From a virus (Duplodnaviria; Caudoviricetes), in IMG/VR virus record IMGVR_UViG_3300048917_000233, positions 3,368 through 67,367 of that record: a stretch of 64,000 bases of DNA. One strand, written 5' to 3'. The notes beneath the pieces were generated by a model. It was given only the letters and a program-made list of their open reading frames with translations. It did not search any database and was not told the origin of the DNA. The translations under genes were made by a program, and so were the position numbers. Below are positions 46,507-56,225 of this stretch, piece after piece; within the stretch, counting starts at the first letter, position 1, and the number at the start of each line of letters is the position of its first letter.

Positions 46507-46866
46507 TTAGAAAGGCAAGTCGTCGCTTTGAGTTGAAACATCCCCGGAAATTGTTGGATGTGACGCTATAGGGTCTGAGTCTATATTAACATCCAAATTA
46601 TTTAGATCATTATCGTTTACTGGTTTTGGCCCATCAGATGGCTTGCAATTCCCAATATAAAATCCCTCCTCTCTATCTCTGTTATCTTTAGAAGGTGTTA
46701 CTTTTATGGACATTACATTACCGAATTTGTCCTTTTCTTGGTTAAGCCATACATTTACATTCACGTATATTTTACCATTTTGTGCTTTACTGAAAGCGGA
46801 ATGCTTTTGTTTAGCTTTTTCTATTAAATCAGTAAGGCAAATGCTACCATAAAATAATTGGTTCAT
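46507..46866 (-). CDS. single-stranded DNA-binding protein
   Basis: OB-fold-like N-half (GKIYVNVNVW, DKFGN, FYIGN) and acidic tail ending DDLPF. Confidence 0.75.
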   Translation of the reverse strand: MNQLFYGSICLTDLIEKAKQKHSAFSKAQNGKIYVNVNVWLNQEKDKFGNVMSIKVTPSKDNRDREEGFYIGNCKPSDGPKPVNDNDLNNLDVNIDSDPIASHPTISGDVSTQSDDLPF

Positions 46867-46869
46867 AAT

Positions 46870-47187
46870 TTAGTTTTTAATTTTAATTAACCAGTTTATA
46901 TCGAAAATTCTTTTAAGCGTCTTATTTGTTTCATTATCTCTAAGCAAAACCATTCTACCACTTTCACATTCCTCAAAAATATAAATACCTTCTATTATTT
47001 GAATCTTATCTACAAGAACTTTATAATTCCCCCCTTCTTTAAGTTTGACTGCTTCTCCTGGAAAGAATGTAACCCCGTTTCTGTCTTTGCCATAAGTAAC
47101 AGTGCATTTATGGCATACCGCATATTTACGATCTTCACAAATCATCTTAACTGACTCATTCTCTTCCATGCAATTAGAACACATCAT
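46870..47187 (-). CDS. hypothetical protein with Cys pairs
   Basis: CSNC...CHKC. Confidence 0.55.
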   Translation of the reverse strand: MMCSNCMEENESVKMICEDRKYAVCHKCTVTYGKDRNGVTFFPGEAVKLKEGGNYKVLVDKIQIIEGIYIFEECESGRMVLLRDNETNKTLKRIFDINWLIKIKN

Positions 47188-47525
47188 CGGCTTAGGTATT
47201 GTCTTGTTATAGAAAAAAATATTTTATCTTTCTGTCTATTTATGTTCATTAATAGCCAGTTTTCTGATAACCATTTATCCATGTAAGCCCATTCAAGAAA
47301 ATGTTTAAACCGGCTAGTTGCAACCTCATGAGTCCACTCTACATTTTTATCTTCGGCCCGTTTACGTAACGATTGAAGTATATTTTTTAAATCTCTAGAC
47401 GCAGACCCGTCAAAACTTGGTATGTCATGGAATTTACTTTTAGTAAAGTCAAAATAGATCCCTACTAATTCCTGCCAATACGGTTCTATTTTCTTTTCCT
47501 TCTTTTCTTTTTTAGCTTTTGCCAT
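47184..47525 (-). CDS. hypothetical replication-region protein
   Basis: Directly downstream of primase-helicase. Confidence 0.6.
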   Translation of the reverse strand: MAKAKKEKKEKKIEPYWQELVGIYFDFTKSKFHDIPSFDGSASRDLKNILQSLRKRAEDKNVEWTHEVATSRFKHFLEWAYMDKWLSENWLLMNINRQKDKIFFSITRQYLSR

Positions 47526-47527
47526 AA

Positions 47528-49411
47528 TTAAAACGGAGTTTCGTCAAAATATAAATCAGAATCATTATAGGGTAATCTTAATTCTTGCTGTTCCGTTTTT
47601 CTTCGTTCTCCTTGTGGGTTTAAATAAGGGAACTCACCTAATGGATCAACAAATCTTTTAATAGACCAAAGCATTTTCATATGCACTTCACCTGGTTTAC
47701 CGCCTGTTCTCCTTCGTTTAATTTTTTGTATGAATACTATTACTTCCGGGCTAGTTTTGTCTATATGGTGATTTGGTCTATAGTAAGAAATTATATTGTC
47801 TGCTTTATTAGCCCACATAGCACCCCCGGAAACATCATACATATCTACTGGCGGCAGGGATTTATCCTCTTGTCTGCTTGGCTTTACAGGGTGGGCTACG
47901 ATGTTATATGAAACGCTATTTAACAAGGAAAACCTTTTTACATCCTTTAAAATGTCAGACAGATACAAATCCTCTCTTTGAAACCCGCTACCTAATCTAT
48001 CCAATTGATTAAATGGATCAATTAATACGCCATCAATCCCTTTCTTTAAAACCAAATATCTAAACTTTTCATTTATGGAATGAATGTCATGGCCATCATC
48101 TGGGTATACGTAAAATATATGTTGATCTATAAACAACGCGGCTTGCACATACTCTTCTTCACTCATTTTATCAAGCCATTTGCCTACATACATTTCAATC
48201 ATATCATCATAAAAATCAGTGGCGGGATAATTCTCTGGACTAAATATCGCCCATTTCCACCCGTCATTGACACTCTTAGTAAGCATCATTTGAATTACTA
48301 AGGTTGTTTTCCCGTGGTTCGCATATCCTACAATGAGATTTATTTCTCCCTTTTTCCATCTAAAATAATCATCTAACTCTCCAAAATGAGTTTTAGGCGC
48401 TAATTGAATGCCGCTTCTAAAATTCATTAACATCGTATCAAATACATCATCCACGTAATAAATCCCATCAATTGGTATAGATTCTGCATTATTGACTACG
48501 TTTTTAACAACGTCTGGCCCTAAATAAATCAGCACCTCGTTTAAGTCTTTACATCTTCGCTTTAATCCGCTTTCTAGCGGTACACATTCCTCAATTGGGT
48601 AAGAAATTGTTTTACACCTTTCAACCCCCAACCTTCTTATCAACTCCTGCTTTAACTCTTCCCCAGCCTGATCCCCATCGGTAGCAATAACAAATACCTC
48701 TACTCCAATTAGCCATTCTGCGCAATTATCCAGGTAATCTAATTTTTGATTCCCCATTGACGCTCCGTTAGGCACAGACACCTCACACCATTTGCTATAT
48801 TCGTCATTAAGCACCTCGCCAGTTGCCTCATCAGCAATCGGTAATACGCCATATCCAGCCTCATAAAGGCTCATGCAGTCTATTTCGCCCTCAGTTATGA
48901 TGCAGTGTTTTTTCTCTCCGATCGTATTTAAGTTGAAAAGAATCAATTCTGCATCCTTGACCATTTTGAAATTTTTATGACCGTCCCGATATTTGATGTT
49001 TATCAACTGACCATCCCTCAAATAAGGAAAGCAAATGCAACTTTCCTTTTTCTGCGTCTGCGGCATCCATTCATCCCGGCAGAATATAATGAACTTATCA
49101 AGAGTAGTTTTACTAATACCCCTATTTTTAAACCACTTCTCGGCTTTTTCTTTTACCTGGACAGATCGCAATATGTCCTGTGGCGGCTTTACAGCCGTTT
49201 TAAGCTCGCGTTTTCTTTCTTGGCTCCTAACATTACCCCGGAACTCGCAGCCCGTATTATGGCATTTAAACTCGCCTGTGGTCACATTTACGGATAGAGA
49301 TCGGTCGCGCTTGTTTTTCCGTCCATCATGGCATTTTGGGCAAAAGGTTTTTTCTGAACCGTGTCTGCGTGTCAATTTTATTCCCAAATCTGACAATTTT
49401 TCGTAATACAT
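47528..49411 (-). CDS. primase-helicase (T7 gp4/Twinkle-like)
   Basis: Zn finger CPKC...CHNTGC, TOPRIM IITEGEIDC and ATDGDQAG, Walker A GYANHGKTT, Walker B LIDPFNQL. Confidence 0.92.
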   Translation of the reverse strand: MYYEKLSDLGIKLTRRHGSEKTFCPKCHDGRKNKRDRSLSVNVTTGEFKCHNTGCEFRGNVRSQERKRELKTAVKPPQDILRSVQVKEKAEKWFKNRGISKTTLDKFIIFCRDEWMPQTQKKESCICFPYLRDGQLINIKYRDGHKNFKMVKDAELILFNLNTIGEKKHCIITEGEIDCMSLYEAGYGVLPIADEATGEVLNDEYSKWCEVSVPNGASMGNQKLDYLDNCAEWLIGVEVFVIATDGDQAGEELKQELIRRLGVERCKTISYPIEECVPLESGLKRRCKDLNEVLIYLGPDVVKNVVNNAESIPIDGIYYVDDVFDTMLMNFRSGIQLAPKTHFGELDDYFRWKKGEINLIVGYANHGKTTLVIQMMLTKSVNDGWKWAIFSPENYPATDFYDDMIEMYVGKWLDKMSEEEYVQAALFIDQHIFYVYPDDGHDIHSINEKFRYLVLKKGIDGVLIDPFNQLDRLGSGFQREDLYLSDILKDVKRFSLLNSVSYNIVAHPVKPSRQEDKSLPPVDMYDVSGGAMWANKADNIISYYRPNHHIDKTSPEVIVFIQKIKRRRTGGKPGEVHMKMLWSIKRFVDPLGEFPYLNPQGERRKTEQQELRLPYNDSDLYFDETPF

Positions 49412-49412
49412 C

Positions 49413-50075
49413 CTACTCTACTTTGCCTTTGGTGATGTAATGGGGTTTGTAATCTCCTTCCCTGAACCTCTGTTGTTGGCCTAATCCTAATTCCTGGCTG
49501 CTGCCATCCTCGAAAAACACTTTCAACCCGTCGTCAGAAAATTTAACTCCGCGCAACCGGCTATTTTGTTTTCCTCCCACACCCTCCTTTCTTTCTTTAT
49601 CCTTATCCTTATCCTTATCCTTAGGGGTTAGATAACCCTCTGGCAACTCTTCTGTAAGGGTTATAAAGCCACTTCCATTAACAGCCTCTTTAAGTAATTG
49701 AAAGCCACTTAATATTTGCAAAGCAGTCCGGACTGGCGCTGCGTAAGGGTTAACTAACCCTTCCTTACCCTTATACTGAAATTGAATAAAACCTGTAACC
49801 CATATGTAACCCTTATCTAATATTCTGAGCCTCTCTTTGAATTGAGATTTGCCGGTATTTTTATCAAATTCTGTATTACAAGCAGTAACAAAATTTGCCA
49901 AATTGAACGTTTCTATACCCAAGTCTTCCATCAAATCGGTACATTCTATATTCCAAATACCTGCGTGGTCGCACTGATCTTTTATGTACAAAAAAGCTAA
50001 CTTATATTCAGGAGATAGTTTTCTGAACCAACGCTGTTTTTTCCAGATGTCGGTATCGCCAAATCTTTTCGCCAT
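49413..50075 (-). CDS. replication initiator-like protein
   Basis: N-terminal wHTH-like RFGDTDIWKK...LAFLYIKDQCDHAGIW; KDKDKDKE linker; upstream of helicase. Confidence 0.65.
   Translation of the reverse strand: MAKRFGDTDIWKKQRWFRKLSPEYKLAFLYIKDQCDHAGIWNIECTDLMEDLGIETFNLANFVTACNTEFDKNTGKSQFKERLRILDKGYIWVTGFIQFQYKGKEGLVNPYAAPVRTALQILSGFQLLKEAVNGSGFITLTEELPEGYLTPKDKDKDKDKERKEGVGGKQNSRLRGVKFSDDGLKVFFEDGSSQELGLGQQQRFREGDYKPHYITKGKVE
49624..49815. repeat. AAGGGTTA/TAACCCTT repeat cluster (candidate iterons)
   Basis: Two inverted pairs with 2-nt spacers plus three half sites within about 190 bp. Confidence 0.55.
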
Positions 50076-50087
50076 GTAGATTCGGGT

Positions 50088-50294
50088 TTAATAGGTTCCA
50101 GGAATAGATTCTTTTTTAGACTCTTTTGAGTCTAACATTCGGTAGTATTCATTAAGTCTGTTGTAAAGTGTTTTAGGATCAATCTGAAGTAGTTCGGCGG
50201 CTTTTCGCTTATTAAAGCGTGACTTTTTTAAGGCATCGACGATAATCTCATACTCCGCAGTCAAGGCTGCTTCGCTTAGGGGCTTTAAACTCAT
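50088..50294 (-). CDS. Fis-family helix-turn-helix protein
   Basis: ALKKSRFNKRKAAELLQIDPKTLYNRL. Confidence 0.85.
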   Translation of the reverse strand: MSLKPLSEAALTAEYEIIVDALKKSRFNKRKAAELLQIDPKTLYNRLNEYYRMLDSKESKKESIPGTY

Positions 50295-50456
50295 GATTTG
50301 TTTTTATAAGGGAATTGAGATACGAATATAGTGGAACAGAAATTGCGTACAAAATATTATTTACTCACATTCGGGAAAATTATCCATAATAGCACGAAAA
50401 GATAAATAGAACATTGGAGTGGTGCGGGTTTTTAAAGGTGCCTGGTTTTTCAATAA

Positions 50457-51014
50457 TTATTTTTCTGGGATATAAGTGTAATCATATGAGGTTCTGATTT
50501 TACCCGGGGTATATGAATGTGGCTCTAATTTTCTAATAACCTCATTCAGTTTATTTACTGCTTCTACGAGTTCCTTTTCTGGCTCCCAATCTTCATGAGC
50601 ATCACCGGTTATTGTTTCATAGTCTAATTCCTTGTATTTTATAGGTTCTGCATATACCAATTGAACATCTGATCCATTAAGTTCATGATCGAAAAGCCAG
50701 CAAATTAAATCATCTTCATGGAAGAAATATTCATCTCCATCCCAGGTACACAGGGGAGACCCATCCCACTCTTTAAAGGGAAGTTCATTGTAACGTTTAT
50801 GTGAACGTTTCCGGCGACAATCCTCACAATGAATCCATCCCTTTTTAGTATAATTATCGCAATTTTCGCACTTTTTGTGTGTACAGCCGGCATATCTAGC
50901 CAGATGTTCGTCTTTACCAAAAAATCTTCCATCAGAACTTATCCATCCAGATATATTAGTTCTAAACATTGCTGCTTCTGGTGTATCATATTTAATAACC
51001 CGTTCTTCTTTCAT
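50457..51014 (-). CDS. hypothetical phage protein with Cys cluster
   Basis: ARYAGCTHKKCENC...CEDC. Confidence 0.7.
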   Translation of the reverse strand: MKEERVIKYDTPEAAMFRTNISGWISSDGRFFGKDEHLARYAGCTHKKCENCDNYTKKGWIHCEDCRRKRSHKRYNELPFKEWDGSPLCTWDGDEYFFHEDDLICWLFDHELNGSDVQLVYAEPIKYKELDYETITGDAHEDWEPEKELVEAVNKLNEVIRKLEPHSYTPGKIRTSYDYTYIPEK

Positions 51015-51028
51015 AATATTTTCAATAA

Positions 51029-51274
51029 TTATTTTTTACGTTTCTTTTTCTTCGTCTTTTTATTAAGTGATGCAACTATACCCTGAAGGCCATGTGAAAT
51101 ATACCGTAAAGTCTTCCCGGTGCCTACTGTCGTTAAATGCCACCCATTACCTTCTGGGCATCTATAGGGAGACATTTTTATCTTATCATCATCCCATATA
51201 CCAATTGCGGCATTTCTTGCTTCGGTTTTAGTTTCAAAGGAATTTTTATAACAATTACATTTAATCTCTATCAT
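51029..51274 (-). CDS. hypothetical basic protein
   Basis: CNC...PYRCPEGNGWHLT; Lys-rich tail. Confidence 0.65.
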   Translation of the reverse strand: MIEIKCNCYKNSFETKTEARNAAIGIWDDDKIKMSPYRCPEGNGWHLTTVGTGKTLRYISHGLQGIVASLNKKTKKKKRKK

Positions 51275-51311
51275 GCTTTATCTTGTATTGGCATATTTTC
51301 AATAATTAGGT

Positions 51312-51695
51312 TCAAAATCCTTCTATCTCTGGATATACTAAATCAAAATCTACAGACTCAGAATAGTATCCATTTGATTCTCCGTACCAACGAATGTTTA
51401 CATATCCTTTTATAGTGGCTAGCTTGTAAAATGTCCAAGTAAAAGAGTCTTGATATTCCTTTGTAATCCCTTCTGGATTAGTATTGCTCGTGGTTTCTTC
51501 GGCTAATAATATAGGTTCCCCAATTAAATCCTGAATATCCCAACTAATATCATCAATGTAAACTCCTTCACAACAGTCCTGCCTATGATACATTTTATAA
51601 ATATTCCCGGAAGAGTCAGTAAATAGTATTTCATCCTTTGACTCGCTAACTTTTATTTCTGTAAGCGTTTTTTCTATTAGATAATTTATATTCAT
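51312..51695 (-). CDS. conserved hypothetical phage protein
   Basis: MYHRQDCCEGVYIDD...WTFYKLATIKG...SNGYYSESV. Confidence 0.75.
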   Translation of the reverse strand: MNINYLIEKTLTEIKVSESKDEILFTDSSGNIYKMYHRQDCCEGVYIDDISWDIQDLIGEPILLAEETTSNTNPEGITKEYQDSFTWTFYKLATIKGYVNIRWYGESNGYYSESVDFDLVYPEIEGF

Positions 51696-51728
51696 TTTAT
51701 TTATTTTCAATAATTAGTTACAGGAGTT

Positions 51729-52172
51729 TTACGTTCTATTTTTTACTACCCATTTTTCATGATCTTCTTTAGTTGCTGGCTCTATTTGAGAGGCAACAAA
51801 AAAATGCCCATTCAGGTTGAAAAGTATAGAGTTTTTGCCACCGACAATAGCGGCATTGTTATACATAATCAACAATACTTCCACCACATCACCACTGACA
51901 TAATAATTACTACCTGATACGACTTTAGCATATTTTATGGACGATAGCTGCTCTAAGGTTCTATGTTCCCACCATCTAAGTAGTCTAAAATGATCTTTGA
52001 AATGATTCGGTAATATTGAGCTATCATTATATAGTTTAATTTTCCCTTCAAATTCAAAAGCTTCTAATATACTTCCTTTATCAAATGGGCAGCCCGGATA
52101 ATCTCTAATCAGTTCATACCTTAATTTAAACCAATCCTTATGATACATGTAGTTTTTGTTTTGGTCTTGCAA
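51729..52172 (-). CDS. hypothetical protein
   Basis: 147-aa ORF. Confidence 0.65.
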   Translation of the reverse strand: MQDQNKNYMYHKDWFKLRYELIRDYPGCPFDKGSILEAFEFEGKIKLYNDSSILPNHFKDHFRLLRWWEHRTLEQLSSIKYAKVVSGSNYYVSGDVVEVLLIMYNNAAIVGGKNSILFNLNGHFFVASQIEPATKEDHEKWVVKNRT

Positions 52173-52343
52173 TTAGCTTTATGTCATCTAACCATATCGC
52201 TTTTGATTCACGAGATATGATGTTTTCACAAAAATAAAGGCCGCCTCGTGGCAATACCATGTAATGATAACTCATAGTAGCCATAGTTATTTTCCCGCTA
52301 TTAGCCATCCAACTTTCATTACTGTAGGTTACTATGATTGGTT

Positions 52344-52580
52344 TCATTTTATCCATTTGCCGATTTTTTCATCAAGTTGCTTTTCTATCGTTTGTTTATC
52401 TGGAGCATTCCATGCAGCATTTTCTGTTACTATCTTTTTAATCAATCCAAACCATATGCTTTTTCTAAATGTAACTTCATAGTGATGTGTAAATACAATT
52501 TGATTGCTTCTTTCATCATGCATAGCAAATGATTGATGATTTAACCTTTTATACGATAAAAGCATTTTCTTTGAAAACAT
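52344..52580 (-). CDS. hypothetical protein
   Basis: 78-aa ORF. Confidence 0.55.
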   Translation of the reverse strand: MFSKKMLLSYKRLNHQSFAMHDERSNQIVFTHHYEVTFRKSIWFGLIKKIVTENAAWNAPDKQTIEKQLDEKIGKWIK

Positions 52581-52599
52581 GTTTATTTATTTATTTAGT

Positions 52600-52809
52600 T
52601 TAATATTTCATGAATAAATCCAATTCATCATCATGGTATAAGTTGTGCCTACCATCCAAAAAATAATTCTCTAACCCAAATGCACCTATAGATACCAATA
52701 CAGGGGCAGGCTGGCCGCCATCTAAATGAGCAATTAATTTTGCTTCAACTCCTTTCCTGGTTTGAATTGGTATGCCTTGTTTGGCTCTTTCTAAATTAAA
52801 CGGTATCAT
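52600..52809 (-). CDS. hypothetical phage protein
   Basis: PFNLERAKQGIPIQTRKG...DLFM. Confidence 0.65.
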   Translation of the reverse strand: MIPFNLERAKQGIPIQTRKGVEAKLIAHLDGGQPAPVLVSIGAFGLENYFLDGRHNLYHDDELDLFMKY

Positions 52810-53819
52810 AATAATTCCATTATAAGTGAAGTAAACCCGGAGTCCCCGGTAATATACATCATGCCTTTTATGCGAGAAAATGTCAGTTCTTCATCTGGTG
52901 CAGTCTTAAGTAGTCGATTAAGTATAACTGCATCATATTGAAACTTATCACCCATACCGCCAATTACATCTATCTCTTTTTCATTATCCACTCCGTAATC
53001 ACTATTAACGGCTGACATTAATAGCTTTCCGTTAACTACTTCTAAATAAGGGTGACATAGCTTTAACTTTGACATACCCAAGCTCATTTCATTAAATGAG
53101 ATCAGCTCTGATTTTGGAGCATGGAATGAATCTTCCTTTTTATAACTAAAAAAGCTGCCCATATCGATATATGTAGCTTCTGTTTTTTGAAAACCATAAA
53201 GGACTTTCCCAGCTCTAAAAAAAAGTTTCTTTTCTGTTTGCGAAAAATCAGCAGGATCTATGTAGCTTACCTTTTCTGCAACACTTCTCGGGATGGCTGT
53301 TTTGGGTAATTCTCTATCTATTTTTCTATAAAAAGCGATAAATCCGTCAGATGCCATTATAGCATCTCCACCTATGAAAATATGAGATTTTCTAAGATCA
53401 TCACTTCCTTCTTGTGTGTATTTGGATGCTGATCCAAAAAGTTTAAGAATAACATCAGTTAATGATACGGTTTCTTTTGGTGGTTGCTCTATTTGTGGGA
53501 AAAGATTAATATCTCCTTGGCTAGATGAGGTCTTTTGTGATCCATCAGACATGATTACTTTATGACCATCTGCTGAAAATAATATCTCCGACGCGCTAGT
53601 GTATTCGATAAAATTAAAGAGTATTCTTTCTTCAACAAGAAATGCCCCAGTAAAATTAGATTCCTGAACTACAAACTCATGTAAGTTTGTCTTCGTAATA
53701 GATCCGTTATCAAATTTTATGTAATCAAGAATAGGGATGAGTCCGTTTTTTTTTATGTGCGAAGAGTTTTTCTTAAAGGATCTTATATCTGATACAGAAA
53801 CCTTTATAGTTTGTTTCAT
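52806..53819 (-). CDS. DNA polymerase sliding clamp (beta)-like protein
   Basis: 337 aa, three-domain pattern; IPILDYIKF, IMASDGFI, GVDNEKEIDV and terminal FTSLIMEL resemble DnaN. Confidence 0.7.
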   Translation of the reverse strand: MKQTIKVSVSDIRSFKKNSSHIKKNGLIPILDYIKFDNGSITKTNLHEFVVQESNFTGAFLVEERILFNFIEYTSASEILFSADGHKVIMSDGSQKTSSSQGDINLFPQIEQPPKETVSLTDVILKLFGSASKYTQEGSDDLRKSHIFIGGDAIMASDGFIAFYRKIDRELPKTAIPRSVAEKVSYIDPADFSQTEKKLFFRAGKVLYGFQKTEATYIDMGSFFSYKKEDSFHAPKSELISFNEMSLGMSKLKLCHPYLEVVNGKLLMSAVNSDYGVDNEKEIDVIGGMGDKFQYDAVILNRLLKTAPDEELTFSRIKGMMYITGDSGFTSLIMELL

Positions 53820-54206
53820 TTAAAATAATTTATTTATTTGAGAGTTAGCAATAGCTTGTATATTCCGGCTATGGTCTTGTATTGTTTGTGTAGACTTTAA
53901 TTTAGCATCCTCTATAATAGATGCTACTCCATCTAACGAGAGAATCATCCAAACAAAACCCATTCTGCCTGACTTAAGTGTTTTCTTCGTTCCGGGTTTA
54001 TACAGGATATTAGCTCTCTCTAATTCAGATAACCGTTTCCATACAATACTTTTTTCAACCTTCATCTTTTTAGCAATATCTTCAAATGTTCCGCTTCCTA
54101 ATTCGGATAATGCTAATATTATTTTCTTGTAAGTATCGCTTAGTTTAACCGGATCTAAACTTCTATATGCTTCTAAACTAGTTTCAGGCATTTGTTTCTT
54201 TGTCAT
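53820..54206 (-). CDS. winged-helix DNA-binding protein
   Basis: TSLEAY...GTFEDIAKKMKVEKSIVWKRLSELE...SGR; start moved to MTKK. Confidence 0.7.
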   Translation of the reverse strand: MTKKQMPETSLEAYRSLDPVKLSDTYKKIILALSELGSGTFEDIAKKMKVEKSIVWKRLSELERANILYKPGTKKTLKSGRMGFVWMILSLDGVASIIEDAKLKSTQTIQDHSRNIQAIANSQINKLF

Positions 54207-54298
54207 TTTACTTCTTTTTAAACGGATAAAACAAAATAACATTAGCTAGTATCAGGATTAACACAAGCGTTTCTGTGTTTGATAAATCGGGCCAGCTC

Positions 54299-54544
54299 TT
54301 ATACATGGTGGTCGGCTATTTCGTTTTCAATGTATTTCTTAAATTCATCAAAATGAATCTTTCGTTCTTCCTGCGAACATTCATCTAAATAAGGAAGATA
54401 GGATGTGGCTACATTTGAATCCTCCGTACCCCATACATTACCATCTTCTGTTTCAACCGTAACGAAAAAAGAAAAACCATTCCAGCTAACATATAAATCC
54501 CACTTGATCTTAGTTTGTTTTTTATCTGCATATCTTATGCGCAT
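54299..54544 (-). CDS. hypothetical protein
   Basis: 81-aa ORF. Confidence 0.55.
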   Translation of the reverse strand: MRIRYADKKQTKIKWDLYVSWNGFSFFVTVETEDGNVWGTEDSNVATSYLPYLDECSQEERKIHFDEFKKYIENEIADHHV

Positions 54545-54553
54545 AGTATTATG

Positions 54554-54763
54554 TTATAGTGATTGTAATAGAGCTTCTTTTGTTTCAAATATCATATGTT
54601 CTCTCATAGGATTTGGTAATTCATCAATGTGATACTTTATATCTGGATTACCTGTTTTAGAAATAACATGAGCCTCTATGGCTGTAATACGCTTTTTAGC
54701 AACACAGCCATTTCCAAGAAACCATACATAATTATCAATGTTGAATTTTGTTTCAATAGTCAT
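54554..54763 (-). CDS. hypothetical phage protein
   Basis: IETKFNIDNYVWFL...FETKEALLQSL. Confidence 0.65.
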   Translation of the reverse strand: MTIETKFNIDNYVWFLGNGCVAKKRITAIEAHVISKTGNPDIKYHIDELPNPMREHMIFETKEALLQSL

Positions 54764-54766
54764 ATA

Positions 54767-54979
54767 TTATATAGTATTAGTTTTAGGAACTGTATTTGCG
54801 GTTCTGGATATGGTTTTAAATATAGCCCAGGGTAATCGTTGTGTGATAGCCCTTAATCTCATCTTCTTGAACTCGTAATCATAATTAGATTTATATACCA
54901 ATTTACTATCGACAACCTTGCCATCTATTTCCAGCTCCAATCGCAATAATCTCCTTTGAGGGTCATCTTGTAAATCCAT
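54767..54979 (-). CDS. hypothetical protein
   Basis: 70-aa ORF. Confidence 0.55.
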   Translation of the reverse strand: MDLQDDPQRRLLRLELEIDGKVVDSKLVYKSNYDYEFKKMRLRAITQRLPWAIFKTISRTANTVPKTNTI

Positions 54980-54980
54980 A

Positions 54981-55178
54981 TCATAGTTTGAAGTCTGTTC
55001 CTAGTACTTTATTTATTTTGTCCAGATCTTTTTGAGTCCAATCCCGATGTTCATTTATCTTTTCTGATAATAACGATGAACTCATTCCTATTTGTTCCGC
55101 TAACCAGCGTTGATTGCGCGAGAAGTGAGACTTTATCTGCTCTCCGATTGTTTGTTTTTTGGTTGCTTTCGCTGTCAT
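54981..55178 (-). CDS. XRE/Cro-like helix-turn-helix protein
   Basis: NQRWLAEQIGMSSSLLSEKIN; first gene of the leftward operon. Confidence 0.75.
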   Translation of the reverse strand: MTAKATKKQTIGEQIKSHFSRNQRWLAEQIGMSSSLLSEKINEHRDWTQKDLDKINKVLGTDFKL

Positions 55179-55246
55179 TAATCACTAGTTTCATCAAAGC
55201 TATAAATTCATTTGGAAAAATAAAAATTATTTTTCACCTTTGATTC
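55179..55246. promoter_or_regulatory. divergent promoter region
   Basis: Strand switch; TAGCTTTG (-7) on minus strand at 55202-55195. Confidence 0.6.
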
Positions 55247-55738
55247 ATGGGAATAGAAGAAATAAGAAAATTGAAATCCGGGCTACCTAAGCCGCCGAAG
55301 GTTAAAAAGCCAATTCCTAAGAAAAGCAAAAAGAAGCTACGGCAAGAAGCTGAAGAAAAGAAGCTACGAGGTGATGATGATTCATTAACGGAGCAATGGT
55401 TTAAGGCCAGAAGAAAAGAATTAACCGGAACTTGTCAGTGCGGTTGTGTTCAACAGTCTCAAAAAAAGGATGATATTTTCTTCAGGGGTAGTTGTTGCCA
55501 TATTTTCCCTAAATCAGTATTTGAATCAGTTATGTACCATCCTTTAAATTGCATAGAACGCGCAATGTTTGGAGGATGCCACGCTAGACTAGACGAAGGG
55601 GGGTTAGATAAATGGCCGCATATGGCAGATTGGGATGATGTTAAAGAGCGATTTCACGCGCTGGCTCCCTTGCTTACTGACCAAGAACGAGCTACTAAAT
55701 TCTATTCAAAACTTGAATCGCTTGTGTATAAGCACTAA
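55247..55738 (+). CDS. HNH-like nuclease
   Basis: CQCGC...CCHIFPK...HPLNCI...CHARLD. Confidence 0.6.
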   Translation: MGIEEIRKLKSGLPKPPKVKKPIPKKSKKKLRQEAEEKKLRGDDDSLTEQWFKARRKELTGTCQCGCVQQSQKKDDIFFRGSCCHIFPKSVFESVMYHPLNCIERAMFGGCHARLDEGGLDKWPHMADWDDVKERFHALAPLLTDQERATKFYSKLESLVYKH

Positions 55739-55775
55739 CCTTTAATTATAATAAACAATCTAAAACAAAATTAAC

Positions 55776-56225
55776 ATGTTTACAAACGAACACGGCGAAA
55801 TCACTACAGCAGGCAGCATTTCAATTAGCGCATTTGCGATTGCATTCATTATCGGCTTAATTATTTTAGGCATGTGGGGATTCCCTAAATACAATGTATA
55901 CTCTCAAAGAAAAGCGGGAGAGGCTAATCTTGCCCATGCGCAAAGCTCAAAAGAAGTAGCGGTAGCAGAAGCTAAAGCAAAAATGGAATCTGCGGCCTAT
56001 AATGCGCAAGCTGACACTATTCGAGCTCATGGTATAGCCAGATCTAATCAAATTATAGGGAATAGCCTTAAAAACAATACAGAGTATCTACAGTGGCTTT
56101 GGATTGACGAATTAAAATCAACTCAAAACCAAGTTATTTATATTCCAGCAGGACAAATGGGTATGCCTGTACTGGAAGCTAATAGGCTGAATAAGCCGCA
56201 ACCACAACAAACAGATGAGAAATGA
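55776..56225 (+). CDS. membrane protein with band-7/SPFH-like coiled coil
   Basis: TM helix, then AEAKAK...AHGIARSN...YLQWLWID...VIYIP. Confidence 0.65.
   Translation: MFTNEHGEITTAGSISISAFAIAFIIGLIILGMWGFPKYNVYSQRKAGEANLAHAQSSKEVAVAEAKAKMESAAYNAQADTIRAHGIARSNQIIGNSLKNNTEYLQWLWIDELKSTQNQVIYIPAGQMGMPVLEANRLNKPQPQQTDEK

Larger units (their letters stand above)
50447..51716 (-). repeat. four dispersed copies of 13-mer TAATTATTGAAAA at gene junctions
   Basis: Copies at 50447-50459, 51019-51031, 51296-51308, 51704-51716. Confidence 0.8.

Noticed and set aside
49598-49622. TTATCC tandem repeat as a regulatory or phase-variable tract
   Set aside because: Encodes the KDKDKDK low-complexity linker; the 6-bp unit preserves frame
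50447-51716. CRISPR array interpretation of the 13-mer repeats
   Set aside because: Repeat too short, spacing irregular (about 280-570 bp) and the intervals are whole genes
54981-55738. Classical CI/Cro lysogeny switch
   Set aside because: Only one XRE protein; the divergent gene is nuclease-like and no integrase is present, so lifestyle cannot be called
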